Position numbers and translations under genes: made by a program
Source of the DNA: a virus
Lineage: Duplodnaviria > Caudoviricetes
Length of the DNA stretch: 31,548 nucleotides
Virus record (IMG/VR): IMGVR_UViG_3300047402_000006
Coordinates: 1-31,548 of that record
Reading direction: 5' to 3' (one strand)
Part shown: in pieces, positions 1 through 7,522 of the stretch
Numbering within the stretch: the first letter of the stretch is position 1
How the letters are laid out: each line of letters starts with the position of its first letter
Notes under the pieces: generated by a model
Database searches by the model: none
What the model was told of the DNA's origin: nothing
Seen by the model: the letters and a program-made list of their open reading frames with translations, nothing else

Positions 1-2062
1 GATTTACCATCAGTTCGTCACAGCCTATCTTCCCGTTTCTGTTGAAGACATCAGCTATAGTTTCCTCAAGGAGTCCCGAGTCATTCAACAGAGCTAGGGT
101 CAGGGGACGAAGGTTTTCAACCTTGCCTCCAGCCGCGTTCTGTGCGTTTCTTTTCTCTTGCTCCTGCCTGTAAGCTGCAAGGAAGTCTCTGGCTGGGGTT
201 GCATTGCCCTGTGCGTCGAACAGCGGAAGTCCCGTTTCTTGCGACAGCAGATTAAGTACAGCCTTGCGCCGCCTTTCGGGAGACAATGAGCTTGGTCTGC
301 CATCTCCGTTGATGGAACTGACAAGATATTCATTCTCCTCCCGACGCTCTGCCTCTGCCTTGAGCGCGATCTTCTGCAATCGCGCCGATGCTCTCGCATC
401 ACGCTGGGCTACGCCTTGGTCGGTTCTTGCGATCCAGTAGCCTACCTCCGCAAGACTCCCGTCAGCCTTCTTGAGTAGATCGGTCATCTCGCTGTGTTCG
501 TTCACAAAGCGGGGGTTTCTATCCTTGATTGCGCTCGACATGATGCCATTGTACTCAAACGAGTACCGTGGATTGTATCCGATTTTCGTCTGGATAAAGC
601 TCTCACCCGTCTCCCAGTCGATCTGACTGGTGGATAGGTCTTCAAACATGGGTTCGACTGGTGCCATCAGGGCAGTGATGCGGTCCTCTAGTTGCATCCG
701 AAGAGCAAAGAGCTGATCGCCAATCACATTCTTTTGGGCGTCGGTAGCCGTAGTGTACTCTGCCTTGAGTGCCTTGGCGGCGCTTTCAAACTCCTGTAGA
801 GCTACCGTAGCTTGCCTCTTTCGCTCCTGTTGGGCGTTATCCAGCAGCTTTGTGTGAGTGGCGGAGATCTTGCCAATGACGGTGTTGTTCGCTTCGTCTA
901 TTGCTTTCTTTGCGTCTGCTAGATCGGTGAAGGCGACTTGATTCAAGTCTGGATCCCTACCTACAAAGTGCAGGAAGTCCTCGCTCATGAACCACTCTGG
1001 GTCGATTCCATAGGGTTGTTCAAACACTCTCTGGATATCCTGCTGACTCCAACCCTCTCGCGTAAGCATTCTTGCGTACTGCTCTGTGGCGATTTGATAG
1101 TAGTCGTACTTCAGCTCGCTCAACCCCTTGCTGGCTTCAGCTACCGCCCCCGCCACTGCTGGGGGAAGCTCGGAGTAGACGCTATCTGCCTTTAAACCCC
1201 TTCGATCAAACTCATCCATCGTGGCAGTCGTAGTAGCCTTGAAGACTTCTGCCTTGTTTCGTAGGATACGGGTGCCGCTCCGCATTTCGTCTGGATCGTA
1301 AGCCCGTCCCTTTTCAGCGGCGGTTGCCCTAGCTGATTCAGTCCGAGCCATATCATCCTGGAGCTTTGCGATTCCATTCAGAGCTGAAACCTTTTCATGT
1401 TGAGCCGAAGCCCATAGCTTTCGCTCGTTTGGGTTCATCTGCTCTGGATCGCCTCCATTGGGAAAGCGAGCCTTTAGGAAGGTGTCGATGTCGTTGATCT
1501 TTGCCTGTAGGTCTTCGATGGCAAGGGCTGGTGTCTGCTGCCTAGAGGCGGCGGCAATGTCGCGTTCGGTCATCTTGATATCGAAGTTGGTTGCTTCGAT
1601 GTCAGCCTTATTGATCCGAGTCGCTGCCGCGATGTCGTAGTTTGCACTGGTCATTGCCTTCTGCACTGCCGTGTGAAGCTGACCGTACAGACCAGTTGGC
1701 ATCTCTGCCTTTGGGTCGGTGGCATCGTAGCCAAGTACCTTGGCAAGCCGTTCCCCTGATTTCTTTACTTCTTCGTTTGCTGCGTCGATCTTTCCTTCGC
1801 TGGTCTGCGACTTGACATTCTGCTGCATGATCTCCAGCTCCATGTCGACGGCAGCTTGCTTGCGCTGGTATAGATCCTTGTTGTACATCTCCGTGTAGGC
1901 GATGCCGAGGTTGGCTACAGCCTTGCCTACCTCTCCGATGTTCAGTCCTGTCTGACTGACTGTGATCTGATTAGGAACGATGGTTGTCTTCGCTTCCTGA
2001 TAGACCGTTGGTTTTTGTGGTTGAAGGAACTGCTCTGGTCCCTTGATGTCGAACTTACTCAA
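1..2062 (-). CDS. Large internal virion (ejectosome) protein, gp15/gp16-like; 3' end lies beyond the window
   Basis: Absent from the ORF track, probably because no stop falls inside the window. Read manually: TTG start at 2062 after GGAGGA, overlapping the upstream stop, giving MSKFDIKGPEQFLQPQKPTVYQEAKTTIVPNQ... The frame was checked as open at both ends, implying about 687 codons. Sequence is helical and A/K/E/Q-rich, and it follows a gp14-like gene. Confidence 0.7.
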   Translation of the reverse strand, partial: MSKFDIKGPEQFLQPQKPTVYQEAKTTIVPNQITVSQTGLNIGEVGKAVANLGIAYTEMYNKDLYQRKQAAVDMELEIMQQNVKSQTSEGKIDAANEEVKKSGERLAKVLGYDATDPKAEMPTGLYGQLHTAVQKAMTSANYDIAAATRINKADIEATNFDIKMTERDIAAASRQQTPALAIEDLQAKINDIDTFLKARFPNGGDPEQMNPNERKLWASAQHEKVSALNGIAKLQDDMARTESARATAAEKGRAYDPDEMRSGTRILRNKAEVFKATTTATMDEFDRRGLKADSVYSELPPAVAGAVAEASKGLSELKYDYYQIATEQYARMLTREGWSQQDIQRVFEQPYGIDPEWFMSEDFLHFVGRDPDLNQVAFTDLADAKKAIDEANNTVIGKISATHTKLLDNAQQERKRQATVALQEFESAAKALKAEYTTATDAQKNVIGDQLFALRMQLEDRITALMAPVEPMFEDLSTSQIDWETGESFIQTKIGYNPRYSFEYNGIMSSAIKDRNPRFVNEHSEMTDLLKKADGSLAEVGYWIARTDQGVAQRDARASARLQKIALKAEAERREENEYLVSSINGDGRPSSLSPERRRKAVLNLLSQETGLPLFDAQGNATPARDFLAAYRQEQEKRNAQNAAGGKVENLRPLTLALLNDSGLLEETIADVFNRNGKIGCDELMVN

Positions 2063-3041
2063 TCATTCCTCCGTAGTTCTGGTGGATGTCAAGGGCATGG
2101 CGCATGGCTTCTTCGTCCCCCATGCTGGGGTTCTTCGCCACGATGCCTTCGATGCCCTTGTCGATTGCTCCCGCCTGATTCTGGTTTAGTAGAGCCATCT
2201 GGTCACCCCACTCCTCCGTGGGGACTTCTCCCGCACCGAGGGCTTGTAGGGCTGTGCCAGCCGCTGCTCTGTTCTGCATACCCGTCATGTCGTTCGTCTC
2301 CTGCATGGCAGGGGCGATCACCGACTGGAGGATAGGCAACGCCTTGTCCATGACAAGCTTCATCTCTGGATCCTCTAGGATGCCAGACTGACGCGACTCC
2401 TGCTCAAACACGAAGGCTGGCTTCACGGCTCCGTTGTCGTCAAGCGCGGCGAATCTGCCGTTGACGATCTGTGCCGTATCCAGCTTTCCGATTGCCTCTA
2501 GGATAGCCGCCTCTTCTGCGTGGACATCCGCAGGAATGGATGGATCAAGCTGGGTGAAGTCGAACTTCTTGAGCTTCTCCTTGAGCGAAGCAACATATAC
2601 TTGCTTCGTCTTGATCATGTTCTGGTTGGCAGAGGTCATCGCATTCATGCGAAGTTCTGGTTCCTTCTGCTGGTTGTACCAGTCGGGTGCATTGACCATC
2701 GTGCTGCGGAGCTGTGACTCCCTGACGGTTGGATCCTGCGAGGTAATCTCACTATCCAACTGGCTCGCAATAGCCTTGCGAGCGTTCGCTGGAGACCCAG
2801 GAAACTCTTGTTCCGCATGATCCCATGCCTCGTTGGCGGTGTCGGGTGTAATGTCCTTGCGGTGTTCCGCAGCCCACTTCACCCACGCCTGTACTGGATC
2901 CTTGTAAGCACCACGGAAGGATGACAGCTTCTTGCTTGCCTTTGCCTTGTCGTACTTTCTCTTGGTTGGCTGTGCATCTGGGGTGGTTTGTCTGCCTCCC
3001 GCCAGCTGGAACAGCTTTTGTAGTTTCTGTGGATCCATCAT
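2055..3041 (-). CDS. Putative internal virion protein (328 aa, helical, Q/A/M-rich)
   Basis: Long ORF with coupled overlaps to both neighbours, lying between the gp14-like gene and the large internal protein. No catalytic motif recognised. Confidence 0.55.
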   Translation of the reverse strand: MMDPQKLQKLFQLAGGRQTTPDAQPTKRKYDKAKASKKLSSFRGAYKDPVQAWVKWAAEHRKDITPDTANEAWDHAEQEFPGSPANARKAIASQLDSEITSQDPTVRESQLRSTMVNAPDWYNQQKEPELRMNAMTSANQNMIKTKQVYVASLKEKLKKFDFTQLDPSIPADVHAEEAAILEAIGKLDTAQIVNGRFAALDDNGAVKPAFVFEQESRQSGILEDPEMKLVMDKALPILQSVIAPAMQETNDMTGMQNRAAAGTALQALGAGEVPTEEWGDQMALLNQNQAGAIDKGIEGIVAKNPSMGDEEAMRHALDIHQNYGGMIE

Positions 3042-3706
3042 AGGTGTAGCAGCTTACCGCTAAAGGTGTTGCTCATGTTGCCACCAGCCTGATTGTACGC
3101 GCCGATGCCACCAGAAACGCCGTTGATGAGTCCAGTCACCATTGCCGTAGTCATGATGGATGAGGATGAGTCCGCAACGATTGCCTTGCCAGCGACGAAG
3201 TTCTGTAGCTCTGGAGCATTCAGATTGCGCTGACCGAGGATGTTGCGGTAGTTTGTTTCGATGTCCCTATTCTGGTTCTCGTAGCCGATCCGCATAGCCC
3301 GTGACTGGGCTGCTGCATCCGACATGGAGTTCCGTAGCATGGCTCGCGCCGATGCCGAGTTGACGGAGATACCGCTAGCCGATGCCTTCGATAGAAACGC
3401 GGCGTTGGTCTTTGAGGTCTCCCTCGACAACAGGGTTGTCTGGTTCTTGTAGTTCTCACGACCGTAGAAGCTTTGGGCTACGGCTTGCGTGAGTGCGCCC
3501 CTCTCTAGGGCTTTGTTGGCGTGGTACTGCGCTTCCCATTGCCGAAGTATATTTCTATTCTGTGCTTCGTTCTGCATCTTCCCGAGGAAGTTCTGCTGAT
3601 CCTGCTGCATCTGCGCTTGGATGGCTTGGGCTTTGTTTTGCCCTGCCGATCCAATGCCGCCAGCGATGGCTGAAGCTGCCATCAAACCGCCAATGACAAA
3701 GGGCAT
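3038..3706 (-). CDS. Internal virion protein B (T7 gp14-like)
   Basis: Hydrophobic G/A-rich N-terminus (MPFVIGGLMAASAIAGGIGS), Q/A-rich coiled coil, ASASGISVNSAS motif resembling gp14 A.SGV.G.S, and a G-rich hydrophobic C-terminus. 222 aa, AGGAG upstream. Confidence 0.7.
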   Translation of the reverse strand: MPFVIGGLMAASAIAGGIGSAGQNKAQAIQAQMQQDQQNFLGKMQNEAQNRNILRQWEAQYHANKALERGALTQAVAQSFYGRENYKNQTTLLSRETSKTNAAFLSKASASGISVNSASARAMLRNSMSDAAAQSRAMRIGYENQNRDIETNYRNILGQRNLNAPELQNFVAGKAIVADSSSSIMTTAMVTGLINGVSGGIGAYNQAGGNMSNTFSGKLLHL

Positions 3707-3707
3707 G

Positions 3708-5378
3708 TTATCTCCTTTTTAATCTGTCCAAGACGGAGCGATGTCGCTGCGGTGGACTGTTTGTTAGTGAGGGCTGACCATAATAGCGGTCACCCATCAG
3801 CACATTCATTCGTTTATTGCCGAGCCAATCCTTGACTGTCTCTGCGTGTTGTTTGATTTTGTTGGACTCTATCAATGAGTCGGGGTTTAGGGTAAGCATA
3901 TCTGCCCACTGCTTTACAGCAGAGGCGAGGATGTCAATGCGGTCATCGTGCTTGAGTGCGCCACGCTTGTCCTGCATCCTTGTGATCTGGATTTGGTTTT
4001 CCTTGTCCTTGAGGACCGAGGTGTCGAACACCAAGCGGTGCTGTGACATCACGGGTTCCAGTGTATCTAGGATTCTTCGTTCCTTGTTTCCGCTTACCTT
4101 GAACTCATCAATAGCCACTTGCCTACAGGCAGCAGCTACGATTGGTCTCAATAGAGAGGCAAACATGCCATCACCATAGTTGGCTTCAACCAAGATCCGC
4201 TTGACCTTGTAGGCATTAGCCATCTTGGCAATCTTCATCAGGGTGACATCGTCATAGCCACCCTCAAGCCCACACAGGGCATGAACAACCACATAGCCGT
4301 TCACGAAGGAGCATACGACTACCGCCGTCTCGTCGGCACCTCTACCAGAGGGGTCGACAAACAGACAGGTTTCCGTATACGGAATCATTGTCGGAGCTTT
4401 CCACATCGGGGGATACAGAAAGTCGTTGTTCAGTCCGTATGTGGGCAGCTTTAGTGCCGTTCCCCTACCCCAGACAACCTTCTCTGGGAACAGCTCTGGA
4501 CTGCAATCCATCACAATCAGATCCTCTAGCCGCAGCGGATACTTGTTTGCATCCGAGAGCGAGGGATCCAGTAGATAGTGCAGTGCAAAGTGCCGTGGTC
4601 CGATCTTTGCCAACCTATCGTCAAGCACATGCTGCGGGAACCGTCCCGCATCCACTGACTTGCCAGGGTCAATGTCGAGGCTGGTGATATACTCATCCAC
4701 GAACTGCATCTGCGTCTCGATGTCTGGGTCTGGCATTACCGCAGGGAACTTGATGATCGGATACGGTAGCCGTAGGTAGATCGAGTCCGTGCTTTGGTAT
4801 GTCCCGAGGAAGATGATTCTGCCTTGGGGCACGGGGTTTCTGATCTGTTCAAGTTCCGTCAACCGATCCAGCAGCCTTGATCTGGCGGCTGGGGTGTCGG
4901 AGTTCTTCTCAATCTCAATGTCGTCCAGCAGGATGTAGTCGGCGTGTGAACCAGTCAACTGACCAGTCACACCCTTGGCGTAGCAGGACATGTCCTGACC
5001 TACCTTGCCCCTGTTGGCTACATTGAAGCCAAAGGCGTTGTCCTTGTCCCACTCCCGTGGGATCATATTCTCCATGTACGGGATTGATCCGATGATCTGC
5101 CGTACCTGTGAGATGAACTTGATTGCCTTGTCTGATCCCGCTGACACCACCATGATCGTTGCATCGGGATCCTTGAGCAACAGCCAGCTTGCAAAGCAAG
5201 CCATGATGGTGGATTTACCAGCTCCTCGACCAGCCTGTAGCTGGAAGTCGCGTGGTCCATGTTGGATTCTAGCCGCGATTGCATACTGCAACGGCGACGG
5301 TTCTCCTAGTCCAAGGTACTTGAACGAGAAGAACAGATGATTTCTGAAGTCTTCAATCACTTCTTCGGGTACATTCAT
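3708..5378 (-). CDS. terL: Terminase large subunit (T7 gp19-like)
   Basis: Walker A QAGRGAGKS, GQLTGSHAD..LLDDIE (Walker B), nuclease motifs FVDPSGRGADET and HDDRIDILA. The ATG at 5378 after AAAGGAGG is preferred over the track start at 5405. Confidence 0.95.
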   Translation of the reverse strand: MNVPEEVIEDFRNHLFFSFKYLGLGEPSPLQYAIAARIQHGPRDFQLQAGRGAGKSTIMACFASWLLLKDPDATIMVVSAGSDKAIKFISQVRQIIGSIPYMENMIPREWDKDNAFGFNVANRGKVGQDMSCYAKGVTGQLTGSHADYILLDDIEIEKNSDTPAARSRLLDRLTELEQIRNPVPQGRIIFLGTYQSTDSIYLRLPYPIIKFPAVMPDPDIETQMQFVDEYITSLDIDPGKSVDAGRFPQHVLDDRLAKIGPRHFALHYLLDPSLSDANKYPLRLEDLIVMDCSPELFPEKVVWGRGTALKLPTYGLNNDFLYPPMWKAPTMIPYTETCLFVDPSGRGADETAVVVCSFVNGYVVVHALCGLEGGYDDVTLMKIAKMANAYKVKRILVEANYGDGMFASLLRPIVAAACRQVAIDEFKVSGNKERRILDTLEPVMSQHRLVFDTSVLKDKENQIQITRMQDKRGALKHDDRIDILASAVKQWADMLTLNPDSLIESNKIKQHAETVKDWLGNKRMNVLMGDRYYGQPSLTNSPPQRHRSVLDRLKRR

Positions 5379-5552
5379 AGTACCTCCTTTCGTAAATCCT
5401 CCCAAGACCCATCAGCCTTGGGAGGCGTAGCGATTCCTTCGGCGCATGATTGCCCGATGGATGGCAGCCGTAATGCCACACAGGATCTCTCCTGTGTGCG
5501 GCTAGCGTATATCTCCCATGCCCGTTAGGGCAAGTCTATGTGGAGATAGTTC
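5379..5552 (-). ncRNA. Structured intergenic RNA or leader between terS and terL (four consecutive hairpins)
   Basis: Minus-strand stems: TATCTCC/GGAGATA enclosing TGCCC-TAAC-GGGCA (5510-5548); CACACAGGA-GAGA-TCCTGTGTG (5477-5498); CGGC/GCCG plus TGCC/GGCA (5440-5470); CCTCCCAAGGCT-GATG-GGTCTTGGGAGG (5398-5425). Function is inferred, not known. Confidence 0.55.
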
Positions 5553-5750
5553 TCAAGCTTTCTTGAGAAGCTTGAATGGCGCAAGGTTCTCAAGGGTGGG
5601 GGAACGGATTGCCTCCGCCTCCGCACTCTTGTTGTCTGCGATCACCCTTGCAACCACCTGATATAGACCTGGGGATCGCTTCTCGGGATCCATGAGGTCT
5701 TCGACTAGACAGTCGATCAGTAGTTCCTTGAGTGTGCTGATGTCGTTCAT
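5553..5750 (-). CDS. Terminase small subunit (T7 gp18-like)
   Basis: 65 aa immediately upstream of terL. L..LL...L.EDL.DPEKRSPGLYQVVARVIADN resembles the gp18-type helical core (RSPQLY...). Confidence 0.75.
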   Translation of the reverse strand: MNDISTLKELLIDCLVEDLMDPEKRSPGLYQVVARVIADNKSAEAEAIRSPTLENLAPFKLLKKA

Positions 5751-5751
5751 G

Positions 5752-5823
5752 TCAGCACTTGCACTTCTTCATGCCGCACTTCTTGCAGACCTTGGGTGCA
5801 GCTGGCTTATTTGGCTTTGCCAT
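5752..5823 (-). CDS. Basic Cys-rich microprotein (23 aa, MAKPNKPAAPKVCKKCGMKKCKC)
   Basis: Read manually, below the track cutoff. It fills the gap with 1-nt spacers on each side and has AAGGA upstream. Confidence 0.6.
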   Translation of the reverse strand: MAKPNKPAAPKVCKKCGMKKCKC

Positions 5824-5824
5824 G

Positions 5825-5956
5825 TCAGATGTCCTTGTTGAAGACAAGCTTGATAAGCTTCTTGATTGGAACGATGTGTCCTGCGGCGTAGCCCACCACT
5901 AGTGCGAGGGCTGCGAACCACAGAGAACCGATGAATGATTCGATGCTTGCGAGCAT
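5825..5956 (-). CDS. Single-TM membrane microprotein (43 aa, MLASIESFIGSLWFAALALVVGYAAGHIVPIKKLIKLVFNKDI); holin/antiholin-like
   Basis: Read manually. TAAGGA SD, one hydrophobic segment, basic C-terminus. Confidence 0.65.
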   Translation of the reverse strand: MLASIESFIGSLWFAALALVVGYAAGHIVPIKKLIKLVFNKDI

Positions 5957-5965
5957 GTGTTTTCC

Positions 5966-7513
5966 TTATGGGTCGTTGGTGTAGGTGTCATCCCAGTAAC
6001 CAAGTTCTAGCATGACCCGTTTGTTGATTTCCCGTGTGAAGAGGTATTCCCACGGATAGATTGACGGTTGATAGACATAACCTCTGTTCATGTAGTCCAT
6101 CCAGTAGTCAACCGTCTGGTCGATGAGGATGTCGACTTCTGGATCAGGCATGCTAGTTGAGACTGCCTGATAGAAGTCGTTTGTGGCTTCGGTGTATGGG
6201 CGTCCAAGGTCGGTGATGACCATGTGGATCTCCGTGCTTTCGGGATCGAACTGCCACATACCGTTGGGGTCAGCCCCGTTGAAGCCTTCCGCACCACCAG
6301 TGAACTCTCCATTGACAAAGGTCTTGACACCTTGTTCAAGCTGGAGATACTTGGTATAGTGCTGCCAATCGCCGATGTACTCGCTACCGCTATCGCCATT
6401 GTAGGAAAGCGGAGACAGTAGACCCATAGCCTCCTTCGTTCCAGCAACTGGGTAGGGAAGATCAGGTCTGGAGATGTTGGTCTTTATATGCCAATCCCAG
6501 GGGTGACCCTCTAGGAAGTACGAGAAGTTGTCATTGAGGCTGTAGCGATCGTTCACTCCGTTTCCAGTTGGAATCGACTGATACAGATTCTCAAACCACT
6601 TTCTCATGTTGGTCATCTTGGCGTTGTAGTTGGGAACCGCATCAGCGTCGGCTTGGTCGATATAGACCCAGTTGCCCTTGCGCCAGTTGAAGCCCCATAC
6701 ACCTACATCCTGACCAATGCCACTAATGCCCCACGGAATAACCTTTGACCACTCATCCGTGAGGTAGGCGGCGTGGCTTTCGTTGTGGTCTGGGTCTGGG
6801 AACTGAAAGCCAGTGCCAGACACCTTATTGCAGAAGTCGTCGTTGGTTTCATCTCCCAAGATCGCCACATAGTTGGCATCGTAGCTGGGATAGTTGTTGT
6901 AGGTTGGAATACCAAAACCCGTGTAGATGTAGATTTCGGTATCGCCTCTTTTGTCTCCGATCGTTGTGACCCCGTCGAGTGCCTTATCATATCCCAAAGC
7001 CGAACTCGATGCGAGCCACATCCGCAGATGGACAAACATCTCGTTTACTCTGCCATAGTCTAGGTATGGCAGTGTATTATAGGGATCTGACATGTTGGTT
7101 GAGTAGGTTGGCAGTGGATCACCATTTGCCAGCGAAGTCCAGTTGGCGTAGTACGGATTGGGAAAACGCGCACCATCCCAGTGCCGTAGCTGCGACTTCG
7201 CCTTCGCAGCCGAGTGAATGCCCCCGTATGCGGGGAATAGTGCGTCGTTCACCGAGATGGATCCAATGGGGGTATTCAGCATGAACCGCCGAAAGCCGCG
7301 CTCCCAGTTGTATTGCATCGTGCGGATGATCTCTTGAAACCCCACGGCTTCGTATGTGCCGATGCCAGGAAGTCTTGATCCATCGGCAAGGTTGATTGTT
7401 CTGTAGCCGTAGGTTGGTGGGGTACCCCAGCGAACATCCGTGCCGCCAAAGGAGATACCATTAGCGATGTGAACGCAAGGTCGTCTATCGACCTTAAAGA
7501 ATGGATTCTTCAT
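5966..7513 (-). CDS. Hypothetical 515-aa globular protein, possibly a TIM-barrel glycoside hydrolase or depolymerase
   Basis: Strong ORF with TAAGGA SD. Rich in W/Y/D/N/G, with segments GFRRFMLNTPIG, WGISGIGQDVG and YFLEGHPW. The fold assignment is inference only. Confidence 0.5.
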   Translation of the reverse strand: MKNPFFKVDRRPCVHIANGISFGGTDVRWGTPPTYGYRTINLADGSRLPGIGTYEAVGFQEIIRTMQYNWERGFRRFMLNTPIGSISVNDALFPAYGGIHSAAKAKSQLRHWDGARFPNPYYANWTSLANGDPLPTYSTNMSDPYNTLPYLDYGRVNEMFVHLRMWLASSSALGYDKALDGVTTIGDKRGDTEIYIYTGFGIPTYNNYPSYDANYVAILGDETNDDFCNKVSGTGFQFPDPDHNESHAAYLTDEWSKVIPWGISGIGQDVGVWGFNWRKGNWVYIDQADADAVPNYNAKMTNMRKWFENLYQSIPTGNGVNDRYSLNDNFSYFLEGHPWDWHIKTNISRPDLPYPVAGTKEAMGLLSPLSYNGDSGSEYIGDWQHYTKYLQLEQGVKTFVNGEFTGGAEGFNGADPNGMWQFDPESTEIHMVITDLGRPYTEATNDFYQAVSTSMPDPEVDILIDQTVDYWMDYMNRGYVYQPSIYPWEYLFTREINKRVMLELGYWDDTYTNDP

Positions 7514-7522
7514 GTATGCTCC

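Noticed and set aside
5383-5425. Hammerhead ribozyme (CTGATG...CGAAA on the minus strand)
   Set aside because: The core reads CUGAUGG rather than CUGAUGA, no stem I or UH cleavage site can be formed, and the bases are taken up by a stronger 12-bp hairpin.
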